A stretch of DNA of 64,000 nt, from IMG/VR virus record IMGVR_UViG_3300028591_000084. The stretch is one strand, 5' to 3'. Position numbers and translations under genes: made by a program. Below are positions 19,084 to 29,243 of the stretch, one piece after another (the first letter of the stretch is position 1; every line of letters begins with the position of its first letter). The notes below the pieces were generated by a model, which had not been told where the DNA came from, did no database searches, and saw nothing but the letters and a program-made list of their open reading frames with translations. Source of the DNA: a virus (lineage: Duplodnaviria > Caudoviricetes).

Positions 19084-20199
19084 ATGGAACTATTTTATGG
19101 ATTAGATGACATCACATTGATACCTTCGGCAACGAATAGTGGATATGTAGATGTAGATTTTTATGTTCAGGATACGAAGGACCAGACAGGAGCAAATCCA
19201 AACTCTCTTCCTATCTTTACATCACCTATGGAGTCGATTGTTGATGAAAAAGCAGCTAAAAGTTTTGTTGATGCTGGAATAAAACCAATCTTGCCGGTTG
19301 GTATTTCTATTGAAACAAGACTTACTTACTGTCAGTGGATATTTTCTGCTTTCACGGTTAATGAGATTCAAAGATATTTTATTAATCAGGATAGAAGAAA
19401 CACTAACAGCCAGTTTCATCTTTGTATTGATCATGGGAACGGTCATGATTCTAACCTATTAACTCTCTGTTTAAATTTAAAAAAGAGATACGGGAATCAG
19501 GTTATTATTATGGCAGGAAATGTAGCTTGCCCCGAGATTTATACAGAATACTCAAGGGCAGGGATAGATTACATGAGAGTTGGCATTGCATCGGGATCCC
19601 TAGACGACATGAGTAGGTTTGGGTTTAACTATCCAATGGCATCACTTCTAGATTCGTTCAAAAAATTCAAGAAAACGTCAGGAGTAGGCCTAACTAATCA
19701 AGTCAAGATTATTGCTGATGGTGGTATTAACTCTTATTCAAAAATCTTAAAAGCTATAGCACTTGGAGCGGACTATGTTATGATTGGTAAAGATTTTGCC
19801 AGAGTATTAGAAGCGGCTGGTGAAATTTATCAGAAAAATAATACTAAAATCAGAGATGCTTCTAATCTTTTAGCCATAGATCCAGCCACAATCAAAGACT
19901 TTAATCGAGATAAGGCTAAGATTAATGGTTATAGTAGATTTTATAGAAATAACACAGACCTAGAAACAAGAGCTAGACAGGCAGGATATCCAAGTGTTGA
20001 AGCTTATTTGAAAGATGATAGACCTGGCAATAAAATAGATAATATTGTTAAAATCTGGGTTAATATTGATATGACCCTGGAAGAATGGGTCGATGATTTT
20101 AAGAAAGTAGCTTATCACGGATTCCTAATGACAGGAAGTACTGGATGGAAAGAATTTAAAAAGAACGCAAGGTATGGTGTATCCATTTCCAACCTCTGA
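19084..20199 (+). CDS. IMPDH/GMP-reductase-family TIM barrel lacking the catalytic Cys
   Basis: LDDITLIP, PIFTSPM, MAGNV, RVGIASGSL, IIADGGI and ALGADYVMIG motifs. Confidence 0.8.
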   Translation: MELFYGLDDITLIPSATNSGYVDVDFYVQDTKDQTGANPNSLPIFTSPMESIVDEKAAKSFVDAGIKPILPVGISIETRLTYCQWIFSAFTVNEIQRYFINQDRRNTNSQFHLCIDHGNGHDSNLLTLCLNLKKRYGNQVIIMAGNVACPEIYTEYSRAGIDYMRVGIASGSLDDMSRFGFNYPMASLLDSFKKFKKTSGVGLTNQVKIIADGGINSYSKILKAIALGADYVMIGKDFARVLEAAGEIYQKNNTKIRDASNLLAIDPATIKDFNRDKAKINGYSRFYRNNTDLETRARQAGYPSVEAYLKDDRPGNKIDNIVKIWVNIDMTLEEWVDDFKKVAYHGFLMTGSTGWKEFKKNARYGVSISNL

Positions 20200-20563
20200 C
20201 GACTTTACGGATTATTGGTTACTAAAAGAACATCCCTCTTCTTGGGCTGGATTGATGATTAATGCACCAATAGGCCTCGAGATTCAAGAGATCAAAAGAT
20301 TAATCTGGAGAGTTTGTTTTGAGGATCTTATACCACCAGTAATAGGAACAAATAAATATATTTCGTTAAAAGAATTTTCATTTTTATACGAATTATACAA
20401 AAATGATAATCTAAAATCTGGAATTATTAACCCTCCCCAAAAGGTAATAAAATCTGTTCCAATAACTATCTTTTATTGGGACGGATCAGAGGATATAAAC
20501 ATGTTTGATATCCATTTAGTAGAATATACAAGATGGATCGCGGAACAAGAGGTATTAAGATGA
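20174..20563 (+). CDS. hypothetical protein
   Basis: 129-aa coupled ORF. Confidence 0.55.
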   Translation: MVYPFPTSDDFTDYWLLKEHPSSWAGLMINAPIGLEIQEIKRLIWRVCFEDLIPPVIGTNKYISLKEFSFLYELYKNDNLKSGIINPPQKVIKSVPITIFYWDGSEDINMFDIHLVEYTRWIAEQEVLR

Positions 20564-21003
20564 AAGACTATAATTTTTATTTTAAAAAGTTTTATTTTAA
20601 AAGCAATACTGAGATCCTTTTAACAGAATGTGCCTATCAAATTTATATATTAACAAAGGATAGTTCAATAACAAAAGAAAAGTTAGTAGAAGCATTTTTA
20701 AAAATGAAATATCTCTTTGTTAAAGGAGGTAAACATGCTTCTAGATCAATTCTTTTAAAGGAAATCAGCAACGATAAGCTATTACACTATAATTATGGTA
20801 TAGAGGATGCAGTGTTCTTTGCGGGAAATCACCTATTTAGAAGTATTGATGAGCAACATTTATCCCGTCTGTTGAGTATAGATAGGGGTATAATAATTAA
20901 TAAGGGTATGATAATATCAAAAGCCGTCAAAATTTGGGAGAATGATAAAATTGATGTAATTGAATATCCAACTGGTAGGACAGCCCTTTTAATAATAAGA
21001 TGA
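20560..21003 (+). CDS. paralog family P2, copy 1
   Basis: ILTKD..ITKEKL...GKHASRS...KIWE. Confidence 0.6.
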   Translation: MKDYNFYFKKFYFKSNTEILLTECAYQIYILTKDSSITKEKLVEAFLKMKYLFVKGGKHASRSILLKEISNDKLLHYNYGIEDAVFFAGNHLFRSIDEQHLSRLLSIDRGIIINKGMIISKAVKIWENDKIDVIEYPTGRTALLIIR

Positions 21004-21410
21004 TAAACTCTGATTTTATTATTAAAAAGATTTATTTCGAAAAATACCCAGGATTTTCCAAAATCCCCAACATATTTATCTTATCTAAAGAAGGTTTAAT
21101 AACTAAAGAAAAGATAGTTAGTGCTATAGTAAATGAGAATCTTCTTATAACTAGTGATGGTAAATATGCCTCACGCTCTTTCTTAGAAGACACTATATTT
21201 AGTCTAGAAGCTATAATATTATTTGATTTATGTGTCTTCTCTGATTATGATGAGATGTGTTTAAACTATATTCTTAATCTAGGAAAATATAATGACATGA
21301 GTGTGAGTATAGAAGACGTTATTATAAAATCTGTAGAGAAACTTTGGGAAGATAATAGCGTTAGAGCCGTTAAGGCAAAAAAGAACCAAATCCTATTAGT
21401 GATAAAATGA
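21000..21410 (+). CDS. paralog family P2, copy 2
   Basis: ILSKE..ITKEKI...GKYASRS...KLWE. Confidence 0.6.
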   Translation: MINSDFIIKKIYFEKYPGFSKIPNIFILSKEGLITKEKIVSAIVNENLLITSDGKYASRSFLEDTIFSLEAIILFDLCVFSDYDEMCLNYILNLGKYNDMSVSIEDVIIKSVEKLWEDNSVRAVKAKKNQILLVIK

Positions 21411-21820
21411 TCGACGAATCTCCACTTGTTATTAAGGAAATTTGTTTCGCGTGGGATACAGAAATAGTCGATCCAAGATTCCTGTTTGCCTTAACTAGGG
21501 AGAATCTAATGACGAAAGAAAGATTATTTAACTTCCTAGTGAAAGAGCGTGTTCTAACTGTTCGTGGAAAAAAATTTGCTTCTTATACAATACTAAATAA
21601 GGACCTTTGGATAAAAGATGTAACATATTCTCCATCATATATTAAAATGCTTAACATCGAAGAGACACAGTTAAAATATCTTCTTAATATCAATAATGTG
21701 TCTTTAATAAATACCGAAAATAGAGAGGATATTTTTGTGAAAGCAGCAGAAAAAATATGGAATGAGGGAATCGAAATTATCAAATGTTATGAACAAGCAG
21801 TCTTAGTAGTAATTAAATGA
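21407..21820 (+). CDS. paralog family P2, copy 3
   Basis: ALTRE..MTKERL...GKKFAS...KIWN. Confidence 0.6.
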   Translation: MIDESPLVIKEICFAWDTEIVDPRFLFALTRENLMTKERLFNFLVKERVLTVRGKKFASYTILNKDLWIKDVTYSPSYIKMLNIEETQLKYLLNINNVSLINTENREDIFVKAAEKIWNEGIEIIKCYEQAVLVVIK

Positions 21821-22191
21821 TACAAGAAGGAAAGTATTTATTAGCATTTGTACCAATGATTGTTAAGCCCTATATTATTTTGAAATCTTCAGGTGATATG
21901 GAAAGGGATGCAAAGAGATTACTGAATTATATAAACAGAAATCTAGATATATATGAAGATCGGATCCTCGCAATGTTTCAAGACCAAAAAAAGGGATTTA
22001 CTAGAGAAGAAATATCCCTAATTGGTGGAAAACGGGGAGAAGACGATTGGAAGAAAAGAGCTATTGGTTTCTTTAATGTTGATTTGAAAAAAACTGATAA
22101 AGGATTTGAAGGTATTATAACAAAAGATGATATATATCTTTTTAGCGTCGAAGGTACTGATGCTGACTTTGTATTACTAGAAGAGGACTAA
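21817..22191 (+). CDS. hypothetical protein
   Basis: 124-aa ORF followed by a terminator. Confidence 0.55.
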   Translation: MIQEGKYLLAFVPMIVKPYIILKSSGDMERDAKRLLNYINRNLDIYEDRILAMFQDQKKGFTREEISLIGGKRGEDDWKKRAIGFFNVDLKKTDKGFEGIITKDDIYLFSVEGTDADFVLLEED

Positions 22192-22251
22192 GATCCTCTT
22201 TTTTCTTTTTTACTCACCTAATAACCTTACTATTAGTATAAAATTAATAAA

Positions 22252-24934
22252 ATGAACATGAAAGAAATTAATTCTGTAAAAACAAATGAAGAAGTGATTG
22301 AGTTTCTTCCATTTCCAGAATGTGTTAGGCGTCGAGTAGGTGTTTATCTTGGCGGCAATGATCAAGAGGCTGTTAATACGGCTTTTAGAGAGATTGTCGA
22401 TAATGCCTCAGATGAAATAGCAGCTGGATATGGAGATACAATTTTATTAAGTACAAATTTTAATGGATTTTGTTTTGTAGCAGATAATGGTAGAGGTATT
22501 CCAATCTCAATGAGCAGAGATGTTCCTGAGAAGACGAGTGCTTATCTATCAATATCAGAACTACACACAGGATCAAAATTTACCAGTACCCAAGGAGTAG
22601 CAAGAGTTGGTCTTAATGGCTTAGGATCCTCAGCTACTTCTGCCTGTTCAACGGTCTATTGCTTATTGTCCAGGATAACTGAGGATAATTATAATAGATC
22701 TATTCCTGATGTAAAAACTGTTTGGGAAAAGGCAGGACCACGTTCTAAGAGAGATCTATATTATATTGTCATTATGGAGAAGGGATATAGAACGTATGAA
22801 AGTGCTGGTTCACTTAGAGATATTGAGAAGCTCTTGTTTGGAAAGGATAAAGAATATAAGATTCCCTCCGGCATGAGTACTCTGGTATTCTTTAAACCTG
22901 ATCCTGAAATTTTTGAGTCTATTAATCCCGCCATTCCTGTTAAGAATCTCCAATATTTTATGTTAATCCAGGAGAAATTCTTTAAGAGGAAAGTTAATGT
23001 TGTAATTGATGGCGTTAATATTAAAAATGATTTCAAGCCTTATCGATTTGAGGTAACAAAGATCATAACACCAAAGGACACAAGTATGAACAAAGAAGTT
23101 GGTATTTATATGTCCTTTGAGGCTGATCCTGAATTGAAAACTAAAGAAGTTACTGGATCAGTTAATGGTTTGGATTGTACAGGCCATCATCTTAGTATAG
23201 CAGAGTCAATTTATAAGGCGGCACTTAAAGATCAGTTCAAGATTAAACATTCTTATCTTGAACCTGGTATGAAATTAAATGTCATAATTCTGGCTAATGA
23301 GACGATCTTTGACTCTCAGAATAAAAGTAGAGTTAAGAGTATAGCCAAAGTCAAATCTACAGACTTCACTGAGGTAGTAAAGGATGTTGAGAAGATTTTT
23401 AGAAAATACTCTGACTATTGGGAGACTCACGTTCAGAAGTTACAATATCTGGCAGATTCTATGAGAAATATCGGTGCTATTGAAAAGGCACAGAAAATCA
23501 TAGATAGTGCCGGAGGTAATGGTATGTATCGAACAAAAGGAGATATGATAGCTGGTTTTGCTGATGCTACTGCTCCTGCAAATGATAGATGGGCTTGTGA
23601 GTGCTTTATTACTGAGGGGCTTAGTCCTTGCGGCTCTTTGAAGGCTGCTAGAAAAGCTATAGATGTAAAATATAGATGTTGTGTTCCTTTACGTGGAAAA
23701 GTGCTTGATACAAGTGATAGTACTGTCGATAAGATGATGGAAAATAAGGAATTCTTTACGATCTTTTCTCTTATGGGACTAGGTATATCAGCAAATAACG
23801 TTATCAAAGACGCTAAAGATCCGGAAGAGGCATACGAAATAATTAAAAAGAAGTCACGTTATGGCAAATTAATTATAGCTACAGATAAAACGAAAGTTTG
23901 TGTCTGAGGGTGTAGAGATACACCTAAGGAATCCTATTGTTGCGAGGAACTCTGGTTAGGTCTTAGGTACTAAAGAGTTGTAGTTAACTCTTAGTAACAA
24001 TCTTAAGAATACAGACAATTCGCTTTGTTATAAGATTAGTCTATTAATTCTATAACAAGACAACGACTATCCCTCTATGGGAGTAAGACAGCAAGTCAAT
24101 AATGGCTGTTTGAAAGATAGGATACCCAAACGTTTAAGGCGTGGGTAAAAATATAGTCTGATCTGTATGGAGACATGCAGGAGTTCATAAGAGAACCGGG
24201 AAGTAGTGACGACACTTCTTGAACAAAATGGCCGATGAAGATGGGTGGCAACAGGTTGCCCAGGGATATAGAAATATATTTCGTAATATTGCATTAAAAG
24301 CGGGGAACTCCTGTTAGGCATAAGGTACCAAAGTGTAACAACCCTTATGATAGGGACAATCCGCAGTAGAAATACTTCAACGACTATCTCAGTGATGAGA
24401 GTAGGGTGGCAAGTCTGTATAATGGCCATTCGAAAGATGCAATATCTGACCACGTAATGGTGAAGATAAAAATATAGTCTGAGCACATGGGAAACTATGT
24501 GGAGAAGAAATTCTCGTACTAAGTGTAGACGACTTAGTGTAAACAAAACTGTATCAATTCAGAAAGGTATATTATATACTATTTTGAAGTTTGCTAGATT
24601 TATGATAGATTTTGGTTTGGTTTATATTGCCGAATCTCCAATATTTGAACAAGGAGGTAAGTATTTCTATCCTAGTGATCCTAGAATACCTGGCAGTCAA
24701 TTCTGTGTAGGAATGGATCCTAATAAGAAATTTAGACGTTTTAAAGGCCTTGGTGCTCTTGAACAAGAAGATGTATATTATTCGTTCTACAATGAGCAAA
24801 CAAGACGTCTAATAAGAGTAACTCCAGAGTATGCTGATTATGCCATGGGCTTAGTAGAGGACATAAATAAAAGAAAGAAGTTACTGTTTGATAAAGACAT
24901 ATTAACTAATCCATATAATTTCACAGATCTTTAA
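22252..24934 (+). CDS. gyrB: type II topoisomerase large subunit (GyrB/ParE; T4 gp39+gp60-like); join(22252..23886,24231..24246,24552..24934)
   Basis: EIVDNASDE, DNGRGIP, GLNGLG, ITEGLS and PLRGK motifs; splicing gives IIATD-ADEDG-L-SIQ and RFKGLG in one 2034-nt frame. Confidence 0.9.
23887..24230 (+). mobile_element. group I intron 1 in the topoisomerase gene (344 nt, no ORF)
   Basis: P1 cagaT/Gtctg; P7 caacgacta/atatagtctg; P3 atcctat/ataggat; ends gaacaaaatG. Confidence 0.88.
24247..24551 (+). mobile_element. group I intron 2 in the topoisomerase gene (305 nt, no ORF)
   Basis: P1 tgggT/Gccca; P4 gcggg/tccgc; P3 attgcat/atgcaat; P7 caacgacta/atatagtctg; ends aaacaaaactG. Confidence 0.88.
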
Positions 24935-24940
24935 TTAATT

Positions 24941-26281
24941 ATGCCAAAGAAAAAACCAATTGTAGAAAATTTAACAAAATCTGTTGGAGAAATAACTGAA
25001 CAAGCTTATGTTTTGTATGGTGGATATGTGGCTAATAGTAGAGCCCTCCCCAGCATACAAGATGGTCTCAAGGTGTCAATAAGGCGCTTAATTTATGGGG
25101 CAATGCAATATAAAAAAGGTGAGTGGGTCGGAGGAGATTTGTTAACTAAGACGATGCAGAAATGGCATCCACACTCAGTTGATCAAATGCACTCCTCTGC
25201 TGCTCACTTAGTTAGAGATGGTATATTTTCTGGTCATGGATTTTTTGGCTACACCTCTATTGATGGTGTGGAATCTCCCCCAGCTGCAGGTCGTTATCTT
25301 AAAATGAGACTTAGTGATCTTTACTGGGATGTGTTAGGAGAAACAACGAAGGAACCTTTTGCTCCTTTCTGTGAATCTCCCCAAGGACCAGAAGAACCAA
25401 AGTATTTCAATGTACCAATACCTATTTGTCTCTATCAAAAGATTCAGACTATGGGTTTGGCAGTAGGTTGTAGAACAAATATTCCGTCCTTCTCACCCAA
25501 ATCAATCTTAATGGCAATGAAGAATGACGACCCTAGCTTATTAGAGTGTTCAGTAGATCTTATTATCGACAAAGAAAACTCTGAGCTTGATCGTATTTGG
25601 AGAACAGGAAGAGGAACTCTCTGTTTAGCCTATAAGATTTCAAGGATGAAAAGTGAGGATGGAAAATCTGAAGGTATCTTATTTGAAAGTGCAGATAGAT
25701 GTAGTACTGATATCTTCACACCAAAGATCTCAAAGTTCCAGAAGCTTGTTGATGATGGAAAGGTTTATATTGAAGACTTGACTGATGAAAATGGTCCAAA
25801 GCTTTTCGTCGGAAGAGTTCCTGGTGCTAGAGGGATAGCGATAGAGGACATAGAGTCAATTGCTAGAAAAATTTGTTATTCAAAGATTGAGTATCAGATT
25901 TGGGTAACTGATGGAATGAGGGCTTTTAGAATTCCTATTAAAGATTGGGTTGTAGGAACTTATGACAACTATATTAATACCTTAGTGAAAGTCAATAATT
26001 CTAAATTGGAAAAGGCTAAGTTTGATCTAGCTGTTCAAGAGGCTCTCCCTGTTATATCTTCTTATATTATGAATGTTAACCCCAAAGCTAGTGATTCTGA
26101 AATTCAAAAGGAGACTGGCCTAGGGTTAGATATCATAGAAGCAGTAATGTCTAAACCGATATCACAATTAAGAAAAAATAAAGATAATTCAGATAGAATT
26201 AAAGCAATTAAAGAACGGATTAAAGAATTGAAAAAATTTGATCCAATTGTTTATACTGACAACTTAATTAACAGCTTATGA
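24941..26281 (+). CDS. gyrA: type II topoisomerase medium subunit (GyrA/ParC; T4 gp52-like)
   Basis: RALPSIQDGLK, WHPHS, G.GFFG and catalytic PAAGRY; no C-terminal pinwheel domain. Confidence 0.88.
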   Translation: MPKKKPIVENLTKSVGEITEQAYVLYGGYVANSRALPSIQDGLKVSIRRLIYGAMQYKKGEWVGGDLLTKTMQKWHPHSVDQMHSSAAHLVRDGIFSGHGFFGYTSIDGVESPPAAGRYLKMRLSDLYWDVLGETTKEPFAPFCESPQGPEEPKYFNVPIPICLYQKIQTMGLAVGCRTNIPSFSPKSILMAMKNDDPSLLECSVDLIIDKENSELDRIWRTGRGTLCLAYKISRMKSEDGKSEGILFESADRCSTDIFTPKISKFQKLVDDGKVYIEDLTDENGPKLFVGRVPGARGIAIEDIESIARKICYSKIEYQIWVTDGMRAFRIPIKDWVVGTYDNYINTLVKVNNSKLEKAKFDLAVQEALPVISSYIMNVNPKASDSEIQKETGLGLDIIEAVMSKPISQLRKNKDNSDRIKAIKERIKELKKFDPIVYTDNLINSL

Positions 26282-26538
26282 AGAGTAGGTATATATTTGA
26301 TAATCCTGAATGTATATGTCCGGAGTCAGTTTGTGTGGTCTGGAATAGGCTACCAAAGCATGTAACAAAAACTCTCCCCTTTGGATTAATGAAGAATATA
26401 AAAATGGTTGATCCGAGTACAGGAGAGGTTTGTGAAAAGTCAGTTGTATTTTTAAAACCTGTTGAAGATTATGAAGATTGTAAGATCAAAAGACTTCATC
26501 AGATAACGGAGGACTTAGAAATCGCAGAAGTATCATGA
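26278..26538 (+). CDS. hypothetical protein
   Basis: Coupled 86-aa ORF. Confidence 0.55.
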   Translation: MKSRYIFDNPECICPESVCVVWNRLPKHVTKTLPFGLMKNIKMVDPSTGEVCEKSVVFLKPVEDYEDCKIKRLHQITEDLEIAEVS

Positions 26539-27077
26539 TATATAATAGCGGTTTAGAATCAGTTATTGAAGCTATCTATTTGGACGAGAAACTTGTACCG
26601 AAGATAGGAAAAGCAAATATTGAAGTTAATCCCAGTGAGGCCTCTTATGCTGTTGGGAAAACTATTATCTTAACCAATAATAAGTGTACGAATGTTGATA
26701 TCTTAATTAGAAATGGAAATAAAGTTATTTCTAGAGTAAAAGGATATGATGATGACGTTCAGTTTCAGCCTTATATCATTCGCCCTAATTTCAATATTTT
26801 CTGGAATGGCGAAGTTTATGAGTGTCCCAGAGAATTTAGTGGAGACCTTGATGATATTATGGAGTGGTTAGGGGCCCAAGATAAATTTCCAGTTAATTAT
26901 GACGAAAAGGTGTCTTTATGTTTCCCCAAGGTAACAGGAATATTAAAGGATGTCTTAGTTGGGCCAGAAGGAAATCTCACTTCATTAGGGTGGCTATTAC
27001 ATCAGGTGGGTGTTAATGTTGGGAAAACTTTTCTCGATATGGACTTATTAAAAACAAAAAAAATAATAAAAAGGTAG
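26535..27077 (+). CDS. hypothetical protein
   Basis: Coupled 180-aa ORF. Confidence 0.6.
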   Translation: MIYNSGLESVIEAIYLDEKLVPKIGKANIEVNPSEASYAVGKTIILTNNKCTNVDILIRNGNKVISRVKGYDDDVQFQPYIIRPNFNIFWNGEVYECPREFSGDLDDIMEWLGAQDKFPVNYDEKVSLCFPKVTGILKDVLVGPEGNLTSLGWLLHQVGVNVGKTFLDMDLLKTKKIIKR

Positions 27078-27105
27078 GGAATTAATCCTTACCTTTATTT
27101 TTTTT
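27071..27105. terminator. terminator between convergent genes, identical to 15666-15700
   Basis: 35-nt exact repeat. Confidence 0.75.
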
Positions 27106-27757
27106 AATCTTTGAAGTTTGAGACAACAATACTTCTAGCCTGCTTAATTGTTTTTACTACTCTTTTCCAATAATCATCTCCGCCAAGTCTTTCTAAGATT
27201 ATTCTACTTGACCTAATATTGATAATGATGATACAATCTTCTTCAGGATCCTCAAAATAGATTTCTCCACGATTTGGAGTCATAGACACGATATTTAATC
27301 TCTCCAAAAACTTTATAGATTTTTCAGAGATTAGGTGTCCTATGAAACTATTTGTAAGATAAGATCTTGGTCTGTAATGTTCTCTAAAATCCTCATACGT
27401 AATCTTTTTTATTAAAAATAGACGTACTGTTGGCAGAAAACTATTCTCCTTAAAATATTGAAAGGGCCTTCCTTCCAGATATTCTCGACCAAAAAGTCTG
27501 TTATTAATACTAATTCTACCACCATAAATTTTGCCAGCTCGAATACTAAGAACAAGATACCTACTATTATCTATACCTCTAACTGTTACTGAAAGGAAGT
27601 ATTTTTTTGGGATATAATGTACCTCAAAGTTACCAGGAAGATTACAGAAGATATTTGCCAATTCTATACAACACTTAGCAAAATCAGATTCTAAGTTATG
27701 ATCAAGAATTATATCTTTAAGTAATTCCTTAAATTTCTGTATTGTTAGTGGCATCAA
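27104..27757 (-). CDS. hypothetical protein
   Basis: 217-aa ORF. Confidence 0.55.
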   Translation of the reverse strand: MMPLTIQKFKELLKDIILDHNLESDFAKCCIELANIFCNLPGNFEVHYIPKKYFLSVTVRGIDNSRYLVLSIRAGKIYGGRISINNRLFGREYLEGRPFQYFKENSFLPTVRLFLIKKITYEDFREHYRPRSYLTNSFIGHLISEKSIKFLERLNIVSMTPNRGEIYFEDPEEDCIIIINIRSSRIILERLGGDDYWKRVVKTIKQARSIVVSNFKD

Positions 27758-28202
27758 TGAAACTACAACTCTTTAAGTTATAAGTTAGTGGAGGAATCTT
27801 AAGCTTTAAAATATCACTGAGGAAATGAATCTCTCCTAGGTACTCAGGATCCTTATCATTACTGAACGCTGGATGAAAAAAGACCCATCTCTCATCGACT
27901 ATAAGAACATACTCGCCCTCTGTAATAAAATCAATCTGTAATACTCCAAAAACTAAATTCGAGTCTTCCTTGACCACCTTACGAATCAATTTACATAACC
28001 TGGAGGGGTAATTAGTTAAATATCTTTGAAGGGATGGGATATGAAAAGCCTTTAAGATACTCATAATACTAACAGGTATCTCTTCTAAACACTTTCTGAT
28101 ATCTTTATCCAGATTTTGAGAATTTCGAACAATTATATAATGACTAGTTCGTTTTCTTTCTCTCAGAATAACATCACTCTTTAAAGTAATAATTTGTTCC
28201 AT
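27729..28202 (-). CDS. hypothetical protein
   Basis: 157-aa ORF. Confidence 0.55.
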   Translation of the reverse strand: MEQIITLKSDVILRERKRTSHYIIVRNSQNLDKDIRKCLEEIPVSIMSILKAFHIPSLQRYLTNYPSRLCKLIRKVVKEDSNLVFGVLQIDFITEGEYVLIVDERWVFFHPAFSNDKDPEYLGEIHFLSDILKLKIPPLTYNLKSCSFIDATNNTEI

Positions 28203-29013
28203 CCAAAGCTAAACCTCTGTCAATCAAGCCGTTTATGTCGATTCGATAAGTTACGGCAAAATTTCTACCAGCCCGAGTGTTCAGAAGTAAATTATTATAA
28301 TATTCCATCTCCTTTTCTTTTGATGAAAAATGTCTTACGTTCTTCTGGAGACCATTAACAAACAGATTAAATAATAATTTCTTCTTACCATTAACTAGAT
28401 GATATTCATAAATCTCCTTGAGCGGAACAAGATAAGGAATAACCCCTGATAGGTCATTAAAGGATCCATCACTTAAGTAAACTTTAAGAACCCCGTTAGT
28501 ATCCTTTCTGATACCTTCCAAAAGACAATCTTTATCGTTTACTAGATTCTTTACTAACAATGATTCTTCAAGTCTCATCGAAAGATCAGATCCTAAGATT
28601 TTCAACTCATCCTTATCTAGAATACAAATACCGCCTTTATCAGCAAATTCAATAAAGGATTTGGGTTCTCTATTTCTAAAGGATGAAGTCTTGCAATAAA
28701 GATCATAATACTTCTCCCAAACTTCAAGTCTGTGTAAAACCTCATTGCAAAACTTATCGTATCTTTCGTCCCAGGAGTTAATAACCTCATTTGATCCAGA
28801 GGGTTGGGTTGCATTAAACCAGTCAAGTTGATCAACAATCTCAATACTTTCACTAATTAAACCCTTAACTGTCACATAATCCTTTAAAAACCAGGAATTA
28901 ACCTCCGGGAAGTTCTTAATAGCCTCTTCGACATAATCTACTTTGTTGTCGGAGAAAGGACATTTTTTCAAATCACTCAATAACGTCAATAAATCTTCTT
29001 TACCAAGAGTCAT
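28174..29013 (-). CDS. hypothetical protein; C-terminal half distantly like family A
   Basis: DLSMRL...PYLVPL...IDINGLIDRGLAL. Confidence 0.55.
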   Translation of the reverse strand: MTLGKEDLLTLLSDLKKCPFSDNKVDYVEEAIKNFPEVNSWFLKDYVTVKGLISESIEIVDQLDWFNATQPSGSNEVINSWDERYDKFCNEVLHRLEVWEKYYDLYCKTSSFRNREPKSFIEFADKGGICILDKDELKILGSDLSMRLEESLLVKNLVNDKDCLLEGIRKDTNGVLKVYLSDGSFNDLSGVIPYLVPLKEIYEYHLVNGKKKLLFNLFVNGLQKNVRHFSSKEKEMEYYNNLLLNTRAGRNFAVTYRIDINGLIDRGLALDGTNYYFKE

Positions 29014-29194
29014 AATCTGTTATATCTTTTGTTACTTTACAATGATTGCATCGTATGCTAACACCAACACCTATTCCGGTTGGTGTAAAAATATAAGAGT
29101 AGTAACTGTAATTTTCTTTGCATGACTTATTATGCTCCTCTATAAAATCTTCAGCTCTCTTATATTCAACATCATTCAATATAAATTCTTTCAT
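29000..29194 (-). CDS. small hypothetical protein with CxxC
   Basis: FTPTGIG..CNHC..KDITDYDSW; promoter 29196-29216, leaderless. Confidence 0.65.
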   Translation of the reverse strand: MKEFILNDVEYKRAEDFIEEHNKSCKENYSYYSYIFTPTGIGVGVSIRCNHCKVTKDITDYDSW

Positions 29195-29243
29195 ACAATT
29201 ATAAAGAAATAAAGGGTTAAAGAAAGAAAAAAAAGAGAGCAGA

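Noticed and set aside
24067-24546. 159-aa minus-strand ORF as an intron homing endonuclease
   Set aside because: It is antisense across both ribozyme cores and has no LAGLIDADG, HNH or GIY-YIG motif
24497-24551. N-terminus MWRRNSRTK... as the start of a separate gp60-like gene
   Set aside because: It is intron P9 sequence and lacks the DxD motif that splicing supplies
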